Below, piece after piece: positions 25,131-38,435 of a stretch of 64,000 bases of DNA. Numbering within the stretch: the stretch's first letter is position 1; every line of letters starts with the position of its first letter. A program made the position numbers and the translations under genes. Origin of the DNA: Lytechinus pictus (taxonomy: Eukaryota); assembly GCF_037042905.1 (NCBI RefSeq), contig NC_087251.1, forward strand, positions 33,544,001 to 33,608,000, given 5' to 3'. Under the pieces are notes generated by a model, which saw only the letters and a list, made by a program, of their open reading frames with translations, ran no database searches and had not been told where the DNA came from.

Positions 25131-28100
25131 AATGATAACAGTAACTGAAATAAGATTAGAAAAAAAAACAGGTGCTTTATATGTTCTCAAATTCAAGATT
25201 AAAATGGTTATAATCTGAATAAGGCCTCATACTCATTATCACGAATTTAATGAGTAATTTATGGAAAAAAACCTGTAAGTTGTCGTCGGCCAAGTCTTAT
25301 ATAGGCCGCCTATATGCAGAATACTTTTTGGTTGAATTATCTTTGTGAAGTTTCGAACTAAAGCACAATAAAACAAATGCTTCCTGATAATAAAAAAATG
25401 GAAAAAAAAATTACAAAACATATGCTTCTATGAATTCCATGCGCTGAAGCTAAATTATGCAATAAATAGGCATAAAAGCCATACTATAGAATTAGGCATT
25501 ACTGCAATAATGAGAGATGTCTTATTTTATCATATCCTCAGAATGTTCCTGAATTAATATGTACTCAACAATTATCTAGCATATGTTTGTTTGAAAAAAA
25601 AGGACCGATACCAAAGTTCAAAAACCTGTTTGGACTTTACTGTCATCTAGCTAAATGAAATCCCCACCACAAGACTGTCCAAAGAGTCTAAGCACTGACC
25701 CCTACACCCTGAGGACACAGGTCAAAGGTCATGGTAAACCCATGGGAGTCTGAGGCATACCTTGGGTAATGTGAAGGGCAGGGGCATGAAGGGCAACCCA
25801 AGTCCATGAACAATGCCTCCACTTGAAGACCAAGGAAATAAACAGAGAGAAAGAGAGAGGGATGATAAAGAGAAAGATAGATAGAGAGAGAGAGAAAGAG
25901 AAGGTAAGAATCAAAGAGAGAGATGATGAATAGGAGAGAAACATTATTGCTAGAGTAAATCATGTCTCGAAGAGGTAGACCTCCCACAGAGTAGTTACTT
26001 GAGAATTTTTTCAATTTAACTATGTTCCCCTACCCCCCCCCAAAAAAAAAAGAATGATGCAAAAGTGAAACCATGCACACTTCCGAAGTTCCATCTCAAA
26101 AGTTTTAAAGAAAAATTATAAAGAAGTCAAGACAGGCACCCATAATGATCTGAAAGGAATTTGTCTTATAAAATACCTGTGGAGTTGATAATAAAATGTT
26201 TAACAAATGCCTAAATGGATTATGGTTTTATGACAATAGATCCTTTTTTGAAGTTCAAAGGAAACTTTATCTCTTGGAAGAAAAACATAAACAGATGTTG
26301 ATGGCGATAATATAAATCAAGCCTCAATCAGGCTCTTATGACATGCCATATTTTAAATGATTGTGGTTTTTTGTTTGAATAAACAAAAGGAGCTTTTGTA
26401 AAGGAGAAGTAGTAAACTAGCAGTAAAACAACTTGTGACAGTCCTCTGATCTTAGAGAAGGCCCCTATGACAATGCACCACTTGGGATGTCTGCCATCAA
26501 ATTCAAAGATACATTCAAGCAATAATACTTTCATCCAGAATTATTGCTTCAAAACACAGTTGCATTCATATTTTTTCAAATATAAAAATAATTGATGTTG
26601 ATTCTCCCAGGAACACAAATATGTTATAATGACATCACCCATGTCCAAGGGCAGGCTCCCATTGAAAGGTGTGAAGCAAATAAAGTTTGAATTGGGCAAT
26701 AATTACCATTGACACAATATTTCAGAAATTTGCACAGAAATGCCACTACAACACAGGATTTATGATACCAATATATTTCTTTCATTTCATTTTGGGGGTT
26801 TGAGGGGCTGAAAAAAATTTGCATGAACACATCCAAAGTAACATTGACCTATTCCAAAGAAATGCTGAAAATCGACACCATACCAAACTATGCCAAGTTC
26901 AGACCCCAGGGAGGAGGGGAGAGGCCAATATTGAAAGAGAAAGAATGGTCCAATCAAACTTGCCCTCTTCTCACATTTCAAGCATCTTATTGTTTATTGT
27001 GATGAATTATACCTACTATTCTCTAATTGCTTTATTTTCAAAGTTAAAAAACCAACCCTGACTTCTTTCTGCATCTTAGAAATGAAAAAGAATTGCCCTC
27101 CACTGATCACATTTATATGTTCTTTATTCCTTCCACAAACTACCTTCATTTTTCTTCTGTATGGGTAGCTTCAACTTTTTCTCTTCACCCCTCTTCCCCC
27201 ATATATTTTCTCTATCCCTTCTACCATGGTCCTCTTGCAATTCTGACATTGCAACATAACTCACATTCATCCAAATCATTAATTTCATAATTCAACTGAT
27301 CAGATTTCTTGACCGAAATCTTTGTAATAGTGTCCCCCCATTAATTTTTCAAAAAAGTTTTAAGGAGTTGGTTAAATTTTGTGATGTCACAGATGAGCAG
27401 CAGGGGAGCATTGTTATAAAAAGGTGAGGAGAGAAAAGGATGATGAAGAGGAGGGGGAGGAGAGGGGGGGGGGGTGGGACTGAGGGTCCACAACCACCAT
27501 CTTATTCCTAACCTTCAAGCTGTCATCCAAGTTCATCATCTGGACTTGATTCTATTCTCAAGGCATGATGCTATTCACCGCATCTCGGAGGGAGGTCTTT
27601 CCCTCATCCATGTCTTCACATACATATCATACCTTCCATAAATCAAATAACCCAAACCAATCCCAAATTTCCTTTTGCGTTCTGCAACGTACAAAAAAGA
27701 TGCTCATCATTTTCAGCCTGTGGCTGCCCAAAGTCTAGGGAACAAACTCAATCCAACTTTACGAAACATTATACCTCACTTGACCTGTTAAAGACATCTG
27801 AAAACCCACATGAAACTTAATTTGCTTTCTGCCTTAAACAGAAAATTCTACCCTTAGAAAACGGTGCTACTGACCTATAAATCAAATTATCATAATCAAG
27901 ATAGCCTACAATTAATAATAATACAGTTTAATAATGATAACAATGATAATTTATATATTTGTTAAGTGCTATCTGTCTAAAAATAATCTATTCATACATG
28001 CACTGTTATCACTACTATTATTATGAGATAAAGTTATACTGTAACTAGACTTATATGGCAAGTCTACTCCTGTCTTTATTTTTTTAAAATCAAAATCCAT

Positions 28101-28866
28101 TTTTATCTATTTATCTGTTTATTCATATCATGATATCAATAAAACATAATTTCCTGATGATAAGAACTTATGATATGCAAAGAGTATAACTTTAGAATGG
28201 CACGCATTCACTAATTTATGGCTGCTTGAATGCAGCATGCCAATATGATATAAATACACCGACATGTATAGATTATATTCCATTATTTATATAAAAAAAA
28301 CAATAAAAGATGATATCTCATACACATTTAATTAACTTAACACCCTCAAGGTGTGACTACCACTTTCCAGTTTCAAATGCTTCTCTTTTAGAATGATTTG
28401 TCTTTATGTTGCAGCTGTACAAGGCCAAAGAGATGTCTGAGACATGAAAACCCTGAAACTCGAGCAATACAGGTATTGCCGATAACCACATTTTCAAGGC
28501 TAGCTCGTCTGCGAATGCCAAATGAAATTAATGAAGATTTTTCTTTTCTCTTCACTCCGCAGCAAGAGGCCGAGAAGTTATATTTCTATTAAAATTGGAT
28601 GCACGCATGAGAAATTCAATTTGAACCTTGCACCCAGTCACTTTTACACTTCCTCGGCAGGCGTGGCCGTCATGGAATATCACACTTTCTACCAGGTCCA
28701 CCGATCAATGAGCCCAGACAGAATGGGAAGTTAGATAGTAAGAGAGCGAGAGAGAGAGAGAGATGCGGAGGGGGCTAGTGACGGCAGAGATGTATAAGGG
28801 AACTGTGAATGGACAGATAAGAGAGAGGTAAGAAGAGAATGATGGAGGAAAAGGGATGTGAAGAAA

Positions 28867-29662
28867 AACAAGTGGAATGCCTCTGGCCGTCTCACCTGCA
28901 TCACGCGATTCAATATAGCAGCAGTGCTGATTTTGAAAACTACTATAACTCGCACAAGATGTTCAGTGATACTTGGTTACTCGTATTTCCACGTTTTATG
29001 AACTAGACCAATACACTTATAGAGATATGATGGCAATTCAACAAATACCCCCGACGTGGCCAAAGTTCTTTGACCTTACATGACCTTTGACCTTGATCAT
29101 GTGACCTGAAACTTGCACAGGATGTTCAGTAATACTTGATTACTATTATGTCTAAGTTTCATGAATCAGATCCATAAACTTTCAAAGTTATGATGGTACT
29201 TCAACAGATACCCCCAATTCGGCCAAAGTTCATTGACCCTAAATGACCTTTGACCTTGGTCATGTGACGTGAAACTCATGCAGGATGTTCAGTGATACTT
29301 GATTAACCTTATGTATAAGTTTCATGAACTAGGTCCATATATTTTCTAAGTTATGATGACATTTCAAAAACTTAACCTTAGGTTAAGATTTTGATGTTGA
29401 TTCCCCCAACATGGTCTAAGTTCATTGACCCTAAATGACCTTTGACCTTGGTCATGTGACATGAAACTCAGGCAGGATGTTCAGTAATACTTGATTAACC
29501 TTATGGCCAAGTTTCATGAACTAGGTCCATATACTTTCTAAGTTATGCTGTCATTTCAAAAACTTAACCTCAGGTTAAGATTTGGTGTTGACGCCGCCGC
29601 CGCCATCGCCGTCGGAAAAGCGGCGCCTATAGTCTCACTCTGCTATGCAGGTGAGACAAAAA
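28867..29662 (-). mobile_element. Helentron-associated non-autonomous element (DINE-1/HINE-like), copy 1
   Basis: Subterminal IRs GTCTCACCTGCAT / ATGCAGGTGAGAC, terminal stem-loop, GCC microsatellite, four 163-192 bp tandem units with TGACCTTTGACCT, CTTGTT end on minus, inserted in an A/T run with no clear TSD. Confidence 0.85.
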
Positions 29663-31820
29663 CCAAGAAAACACAAGAGTGTAATAGATATAAAAAAGAG
29701 AGAAAGGGGGCAGGGAAAATAAGGCGGTATTCTTAATTTAAACACCAATCAATATATCCTCCAAGAAAAAAAATTAAAGAATAAATAAAACAATATAAAT
29801 GAAAATAAATAACAACAAATGAAATAAATGAAGAAAAATTACACATGAAAAATGGTAAAGCAATGTATAAAATGAATGGAAAAGGGTGTATGAGATATGA
29901 AGAACCTCAATGCAGGAAAATGTCTGCTGCCCTCTCAAGGCAAAGAGTAAATTCCACATGTTCCTCCAGAATGTAATTAAAGAGACTCTCTCACAGGCAT
30001 TGCCCTGGCTTTACCAAACATTGTGTAGGGAGACACACTAGGCCCTATTTAATAAATCGCCATCAGCACAAGGGTTATCGAGACGGAAAAAACGAGTGGA
30101 GATGATAAAATAAAAATGAAATGAAATGGAAAACAGATGGATGAGGAGAGGGAAGCCAAAAATCAATATCCATATAGTTTACAGCTTGCATGATGATGAA
30201 CAAGCTGATGCAGTCTCATGAAGCAACTAAGTAAACTAGAGGAGAGGTGTAGGGGGACGGGATGTGTAGGACAGGGACAGCTCTGGTGGGTGAGGCAAGC
30301 GTTTCCATCGGATGTTGGAAAACGTGCACGGTAGCATCCACAAGTTATTAGGTTAAGGGGAAAAAATGCGATAAAAACTAGGTTATGGCTCAGAGGCAGA
30401 GAAATATGACGAAATTATAAGAAACGGAGACAAGTGCTGCCAATCGAAACGCAGCGCCTGCGAAGACCGAGGGAAGAGTGGGGGGAAAAAATGTGCGATA
30501 CTAGCTGGTAAATGTTCCCCTTTCTCATTGATCCAATTCTCTCGCACTTCAGATCGAACAATTATTGACACAGTCCTAGATTTGGGATATTGAGAAGGAG
30601 CAATGATCCAGCGCCGCCACGAAGGAAAAGAGAAAACCATGAATATGATCAGAGAGAACCACAAACAGGAGACTTCATTATCCATGTTTTTGAAAGATGG
30701 AGATAAAAGACGTCCCCTGGTGGAACATTTGCTTGCTTTTCGCAGACATGACGTCACAAGTTTGCTCTGGATAGGAACACCCTTTCAGGCCAAGTGTACA
30801 TAATATTTCCTTCTATCACCACATGTTGAATAGAGGAGAAATATGATTGACTTTCATATCCTTCCAGCGAGATGATTCAAGATCACTAGTCATCACCATT
30901 GTTGGCAAAGATATATCTTCACAAATGTGAATCACACCCGGACATTTCGAGATGAATGACGTATTACACAATAATCATTCTTTCCATCAAGAAAATGAAA
31001 CTCAAATCTCCGAAATTTGTAACCGAGGCAACACTTGGGAATTTATCAATTCCTCACCTTGTTCCCCATAATGGGAAAACAATACAATCTTTTCCATAGA
31101 AAAACAACACCTTTTTTTCTAAATCAAACTTTCTTCATGACATAATAAACAAACGAACATCCAAGAAGTTTAGCATCATCTTGTCAATTCAATGACCCTG
31201 ATGGGGCTGCCAAACACGAGTCGTACTGCTCGATCATAATTTTATTGATACTTGTACTTTCCTATGTAGATTACAATGTGCTTGTCCATTTCAATATGGA
31301 TTTCACCAAGGATTTTGCTTCAAGTCTAGAAAACAATATGTTATGATTGATATAACTTATATCTCTATTTCCCCTCCTTTGCTTCCTTTTCTCCCTTTTC
31401 TTCCACTTCTATTAGTTTTACATCCTCTTTCACACAAACACTATCAACATTCTAGGATTGCCTAGATTATAAGGAGACCTCCTTCATTCAATGCAAGAGC
31501 TAGCCAACAGCAGAAAAGAAATTTGATACTTATTCAAAAATTAAAATTGCCTCTGCATAAAGACTCGATTCAAAGCTTATCAAAGAGAATTAGTTTGATG
31601 TGCTTCAATTTCAATCGTAAACTGCAAAGGCGATTTGATTCGATTTGATTTCTCCTTAATTCGCCTCATTCAAGTTTTTGATAACAGGTTCGCGGGATAA
31701 AATAGGCATAGTTCACAGGCATAAGGATGCATGTTAGAATTCATAGAGCAAAAAAAAAAAAAAAAACATGGAAGGGGACAAGGGAAAAAAAGAAGATAAT
31801 ATTAATAAAATCAGAGAAAC

Positions 31821-32135
31821 ATCTATCTATCTGTCTGTCTGTCTATCTTTCTATCTATCTATCTATCTATCCATTTATCTATCTATATATCTGTCTGTCT
31901 GTCTGTCTGTCTATCTTTCTATCTATCTATCTATCTATCCATTTATCTATCTATATATCTGTCTATCTGTCTGTCTGTCTATCTTTCTATCTATCTATCT
32001 ATCTATCCATTTATCTATCTATATATCTGTCTGTCTGTCTGTCTGTCTATCTTTCTATCTATCTATCTATCTATCCATTTATCTATCTATATATCTGTCT
32101 GTCTGTCTGTCTGTCTATCTTTCTATCTATCTTTC
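31821..32135. repeat. TCTA/TCTG microsatellite with a 68-bp higher-order unit
   Basis: CCATTT marker at 31871, 31939, 32007 and 32075. Confidence 0.95.
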
Positions 32136-32253
32136 AAGTCTGGTCTAATTTATATATACATTGATTCATAATTTCTTGGTATTAAAATTTGCATGTCGTT
32201 AATAAGAATGACATGTAAAATCTGTTTCATTCCTTGATTTTACCCTAACCTAC

Positions 32254-32382
32254 ACTCACCTGATCAGAGATGAAGATGAAAGCCATCAATGCAATGTTTA
32301 AGTAGTAACCATGGAAACAGGATGAGCAGGCATCACCATAAGAAAGGAAGAAAGAGAAGAAACAAAGAGACATTAATTAGTA
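32254..32382 (-). other. Distant branch point / AG-exclusion zone / fused CAG|GTGAGT (candidate recursive splice site)
   Basis: Minus strand: TACTAAT (32382-32376), pyrimidine tract (about 32370-32340), no AG between 32389 and 32262, then CAG|GTGAGT at 32260/32259. Confidence 0.5.
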
Positions 32383-32821
32383 TTGTTAACTCATATCCAT
32401 ATACATGTATGTATCATGACTTGGTCCTGAAAGAAGGATAGGACATGTTTGGGGAATTCATTTATGCATGCCTCTTTTTAATAAAAGCAAAACAAACAAT
32501 AATCCAACATATAAATAGAAAAAAATAAGAACAAAATCTGTAATGCCACTGATACTTTTCACCTGATCAAGAAATTAGAAACATTGTTGCATTGTCACAA
32601 GAGGGCAGCATTAATATATTTCTTATGACTGACAATGGTCTTGGTTGAGCTTTCAAGTTCATTTTAATTTGCTTCCACAATCGTTGAATAGGGACTAAAA
32701 TATGAGCTCATGTATCTATCTGGACTGGGTGGAATATTGTCGATAGAGGGAGCCAAACAGAGTTTGGATGATTGAGGTTGAAGACTGTGACAGAGAAATG
32801 ATGTGTTACTCATCCATGGGC

Positions 32822-33507
32822 ACGTCGTCTGCGTTCATTCGAACCGTTGTATCAGTCAATTTTGGTCCCAAAAAAAAATTGATTTTGAGATTTCGGCAGA
32901 AAATGAAAGTACAAGTCCTATTTTATTCATAACTAAATTTCTATGCAGCAATTTATTTCAATTTTTGAGATACGAGGGGATTTTCATGGCGATGCCATAC
33001 AAATTTTTAATAAAATGCGCAAATACCATTGGAAACGTGCACTGTAACAGAGCGATACAATTTTTTTTTTGTCTGACAGCGATTTCAATGCGCGCGGTCA
33101 GCCAAACAGTCGTATCAGCACTGGGCACTGCATTGACTTTGCACGTGAAAAGCCATACAACGTTTTGACTGATTGCGTGCATTAAATTCTCGGTCAGTCA
33201 AAACGTTGTATCGCTTTTGCCCTATTGTGTTTTTGTATAGGGAAAATCTAAGTCGCTCAAACGGAAATTACAAGCATGTAGCTCTTTTGCGATATTTTCT
33301 CCGATCCTTAGTTTTGTGTCAAAATAAGTATACCAATGTCAAGAAAATTGTCTTGGTCTTTCCAACAATGTATTTTTCTGGCAGTGAATATGTTGTAAGG
33401 CTGGGGAACTAAGTGTGAAAATAATAGTAAACTTTTAAGTCTATTTTCTCTGAAATGGGTTTGCAACGTATGTGTGATACGACGGTTCGGATGACCGCCG
33501 ACGATGT
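32822..33507. mobile_element. Non-autonomous DNA transposon with about 33-bp TIRs, superfamily unassigned
   Basis: Left ACGTCGTCTGCGTTCATTCGAACCGTTGTATCA vs right reverse complement ACATCGTCGGCGGTCATCCGAACCGTCGTATCA. Internal perfect 18-bp IR at 33155-33172/33194-33211. No clear TSD. Confidence 0.8.
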
Positions 33508-36211
33508 CCTCATTTACACAGATTTCCTGATTGTTATTTATTTTGGTGCCTGGATAGGGTTTTTAAAATTTCTTTTCCTAAACATCTCATTATCAATTAA
33601 ACTCCCCTCCTTGCACTCCTCATTCTCATTCTCATTTTTTTTTTTTTGGGGGGGGGGGGACAAAGAGGAAGCAAGGTAAAGTGATCTAATTACCCTTTTC
33701 ACCCCTCTTATCAAATGTTTAGTCACTGTTGTGTGCTATCCTTTTCATTTTGTCACTCTTTTGTAATATCAAAAGCACTATTTTTTTATAAATTTAAGTT
33801 ATAGGGATTGCAATCTACAAGCCTGGCTTTTTAGCAGTCCCCTCCATACCCAACCTGTTATATACATAAACTTCCTATTGTACAGTATCAACTAATTGTT
33901 TGATTAACTTTAATGCTTAACAATGTTTTACAATGCATGCTATAATACTTGGAATTATATTTGTTTGTTGTAAATGCAACTAATTGAAATGAAAATTTAC
34001 TGGTAGAATATAAATATCATCATGAATATACTGGAACAGACATGTCTTGCTATGCCAGTTTGTTCCTGATTATCAGGGTGTTGGCAAGCAATCATCGCGC
34101 ATATCTTGTAAATGGATTCACCCCTCAAAATCTTCCCAATAAAGACAAGAAAATATCAGCCTGTATAACAGTAGGGCAAGACAGATATTCCTTCCCCTAT
34201 AGCCAGACTGACAATGACTGACGTTCATTGGAATAGTCACTTCAATCCAATCCGTCCAAATAAATGGATGTCAACCAGGCTCGGAGGGCTTCCAAGATGC
34301 CTATTCCAATTTATAGGGTTTGTTTCCGCTCAAGCCCGGCCCAGCCGCTTTTATGTCAAGACAGCACACTCATTTTTTCAGGGGAATGAGAACAGTTAGG
34401 AAGAAAGTAATATTTGTCTTTCCCACACAAATGTTTAGAGAAAGAATAAAGAATCCACTATATTTAACCAGAAGAAATAAATATTTCTTGTTATCTGTCT
34501 GAGAGTACAAAACTTTATAATTTATTTTGCTTTTAACACATAGACCTATGTAATCATTGTAAGAAAATATGTCTCCATAGAAGTATTCCATTTATCAATT
34601 CTGCCACGAAGGTCATCTGATATCCTTTGATTGCTCTTAAATAGGATATTTAGCCTTTTTGAAAAAGAATAAAGAATTGCAACAATCATTGCTAATAGGC
34701 CTATTTATTTTCCATATTACAAGATAACATGTCAGTAGCATCAATTTTGATAAATCTTTCACTATCAAAAATAGACCAAAAACACTTTTTTTTTCAAAAC
34801 AGAAGACTCAAGAGGACAATTCTTCCCCTTTAAGTTTGATAAATCTTGAAAACAAAGAACTCTGGTTTGGTAGGAAATGACATCAGGTTGAAGCGAAGCA
34901 GAGGAGGCGGGCAGGGATTACCGTTGGACATTTAGAGAATGGAGATAGAGAGAGAGAAGCGGCATCTCCGCATCTCCCGCTTACCCACACGCCATCTCCA
35001 AAGACGCCAAATCCTGTAAATGTGTCCAGTAGGCACACAAGATGGATGCACTGCCCTCGTTTCAAGGAGATAGAAAACAAGCGAGTTATTGCCCTACAGA
35101 TGCAATCAAGCAATGCATTAACCCAAAATCACATCTCCTTCTCTTAATGGTTGCGATATGGTAATGCGTGCTACAAGATGGCTTTTCTTTCAATGCAACA
35201 TTGAATCACTTGTCTCGGTTTGCATCACTATCCCCGTTTATTATTCAGCAGTTTCAATATCTGAGAAAAGATACTTGAATGTTCCTACAGGCATAATATC
35301 TTGAAGAAAATTGCCTAAAAGATTTTTTTTTTTGACTGGGGATTTAAACAACACAGACATATATCTTTGGAGAAGTATGTGTGATATTTTGATGTAAACT
35401 TCAATAAAGCTACAACTCTGGTTGAAATTGAAAGTGAAAAGTTGTCACGTAATTTCCCTTGCCCAGATTCAATAGCATATATGATAAACCCTTGCCAGTA
35501 TTGGTTTATCATCTGTTTTAGTTCCCTTCTGCTAAAGGCAAACTCTAGCTATTGTGGAGTCGATGCAATTAGCTCGCATTCGACCTGTCGTTCCTAAGCC
35601 TACATCAATTCATCACAGGAACAATCCCAACTCTCCCGCGAGATAGTAAACGACGATAAAAACCTCTTTTCCCGAACAGCAATCCTAAAGCATCAACTCT
35701 GTTCAAGTATTTAATACCAACACTGAATTAATAAGTTATATGTCTGCGCTGTATCACTATCACTCGGTGCGATGAATCAATTAAACGCCGTTTGATGGAA
35801 CGTCGATAAGTTCTTATTAGGATCGTAAAGTTGCACATTTTTCTTGATCGTCTGAGGTCTTTAATTGGCTAGTGACAGTCAGGATTTCCCATCATTCATT
35901 TCTACCATATCAACTACTTGGTTAGTCTCAATCACAAGAATGTCATTTTATAGAATAACATACTGTATTAGAAACAATGAATAAACAATGAATAAAGGTT
36001 AACAATTAATTCATATTAAAGGCATTTGGTAACTCTGGAAATTCTTAGCTGCATAGAAATTAACATGTATTACTAGGTGTTATCACTAAAAAAAATTGCT
36101 CAGATTTCCACTGATAAATGTTAAAAGCTATTAAAATCCTTGCATCCAATTGGCTGATAGCTTTGAAAATTGTTAAGAAGATGCTTCATAAAACACTCCT
36201 CTGAAGATCTG

Positions 36212-36474
36212 GGCCCCGTCTTACAGAGAGTAACGATTGATCCAATCAATTGTAACTCTATGGAAATCCATCAGTGTCATAATTTTTTTCTACAGGAAAA
36301 TGTGCTTTGTAAACAAAGAGAAGTGCAGTGAATATTCAAGAAAACCATGAATGCATGAATATACATCATAGCTAGAAAATATTTTGAACAAACATGCAAA
36401 ATGAATGTTGATGTTGCTGGCCGTCCATAGTTGTGATTGATCGGATCAATCGCAACTCTTTGCAAGACAGGGCC
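36212..36474. mobile_element. Harbinger-type MITE with CTG TSD
   Basis: TIRs GGCCCCGTCTTACAGAGAGT...ATTGATCC / GGATCAAT...ACTCTTTGCAAGACAGGGCC, with CTG on both sides. Confidence 0.85.
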
Positions 36475-36945
36475 CTGCTCATCCGTTATACCTTGCTGTG
36501 TTTTACAGTGGAGATCATATATTTACTGTCAACATGATAATAAGATTCCTCCATAAATCATTTCTAATTCGAAGACAACCTTGTCCTTCAAAAGTAATTA
36601 CCAATAACCCATTCAATATGCAGTGATCTCTGTAAGGAAACAGAGTATACATGTATAGCTTTACAGGCTCTGAGTCATTCATTACCAATACCACCATCGT
36701 CTCGAGGTAAAACCAATAAAGGGGAAGATATCCTGATTCGTTGATACATTTACTACTACAATTTTATGATTAATATCATATCTGAATAATGGCTCAAATG
36801 GGGTTGAGAGATTAAAGTATGTCAATGTTAATGTATCTGGTTCAGTTTCAATTTGAGAAAGGCATGATGGGAGGGGAGGGGCGCTCTGATGATGGAGTCT
36901 GTCTTGGGCAGCAATTTCACAAGAAAACAAGGAATTTCTATATTA

Positions 36946-37924
36946 AACAAGTGGAATGCCTCTGGCCGTCTCACCTGCATCACGCAATTCAATATAGCAG
37001 CAGTGCTGATTTTGAAAACTACTATAACTCACACAAGATGTTCAGTGATACTTGGTTACTCTTATTTCCACGTTTTATGAACTAGACCAATACACTTATA
37101 GAGATATGATGGCAATTCAACAAATACCCCCAACGTGGCCAAAGTTCTTTGACCTTACATGACCTTTGACCTTGATCATGTGACCTGAAACTCGCACAGG
37201 ATGTTCAGTGATACTTGATTACTATTATGTCCAAGTTTTATGAACTAGACCAACACACTTTCAAATTTATGGCTGTAATTCAACAAATACCCCAATTTGG
37301 CCAAAGTTCATTGACCCTAAATGACCTTTGACCTTGATCATGTGACCTGAAACTTGCACAGGATGTTCAGTAATACTTGATTACTATTATGTCCAAGTTT
37401 CATGAATCAGATCCATAAACTTTCAAAGTTATGATGGTAATTCCACAGATACCCCCAATTCGGCCAAAGTTCATTGACCCTAAATGACCTTTGACCTTGG
37501 TCATGTGACGTGAAACTCATGCAGGATGTTCAGTGATACTTGATTAACCTTATGTATAAGTTTCATGAACTAGGTCCATATATTTTCTAAGTTATGATGA
37601 CATTTCAAAAACTTAACCTTAGGTTAAGATTTTGATGTTGATTCCCCCAACATGGTCTAAGTTCATTGACCCTAAATGACCTTTGACCTTAGTCATGTGA
37701 CATGAAACTCAGGCAGGATGTTCAGTAATACTTGATTAACCTTATGGCCAAGTTTCATGAACTAGGTTCATATACTTTCTAAGTTATGCTGTCATTTCAA
37801 AAACTTAACCTCAGGTTAAGATTTGGTGTTGACGCCGCCGTCGCCGCCGCCGCCGCCGCCGCCGCCGTCGCCGTCGGAAAAGCGGCGCCTATAGTCTCAC
37901 TCTGCTATGCAGGTGAGACAAAAA
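36946..37924 (-). mobile_element. Helentron-associated non-autonomous element, copy 2
   Basis: Near-identical to 28867-29662 but with five tandem units and a longer GCC run. Confidence 0.85.
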
Positions 37925-38304
37925 TTGCAATCAATTTCAAATTATTGTATCTCCTTATGGTGCAGGGCCAAGGGTTGAAAATATCAAATCTTAAGGTGTT
38001 TTTAGCATTTTTGCGATCGATGATCCATCATATAATTTTTGTTTTACAAGGGGCTCTTGTCACCTTCAACAATTAACTAGACAGATTTGGTGTCAGCGAC
38101 CTTAATTCTTTCCAGAAATGCAAGTCATGTTAGTCATGCTGTATCATTCCTCGTCCTCATCAACACTTTCTCTTTTCTCTCTCATTCTTCCTCATTCTAT
38201 CATTCACTCTACCCCGAATTGAATTTGAATTTGAATGTGAATTTGAATTGAATGCTCTTAATAAAAAAATTTCTGATTCCTTTTACCTCCTCCTCCTCCT
38301 CCAG

Positions 38305-38435
38305 GGCCCTGTAACATAATGCTTAGCGAACAATTACAGGGTTGACTTCTACAAGTGATTGCATTTATCATTGTGTATGAGCAATCATTGAAATCAACCT
38401 TAAGATCAATCGCTAAGCTTTATGATATGAGGCTC
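38305..38435. mobile_element. Short palindromic Harbinger-like MITE
   Basis: CAG|GGCCCTGTAACATAATGCTTAGCGA ... TCGCTAAGCTTTATGATATGAGGC. Relatives at about 43146-43278 and 49735-49822. Confidence 0.65.

Noticed and set aside
28950..29560. CRISPR-like array
   Set aside because: The sequences between repeated motifs are homologous to each other (tandem units, not unique spacers); no cas genes; eukaryotic context.
31727..32164. 145-aa and 126-aa LSIY-repeat ORFs
   Set aside because: Translations of the TCTA microsatellite.
29545..38076. Duplicated MLSFQKLNLRLRFGVDAAA ORFs
   Set aside because: They arise from the ends of two copies of a non-autonomous repeat and diverge at the element boundary.
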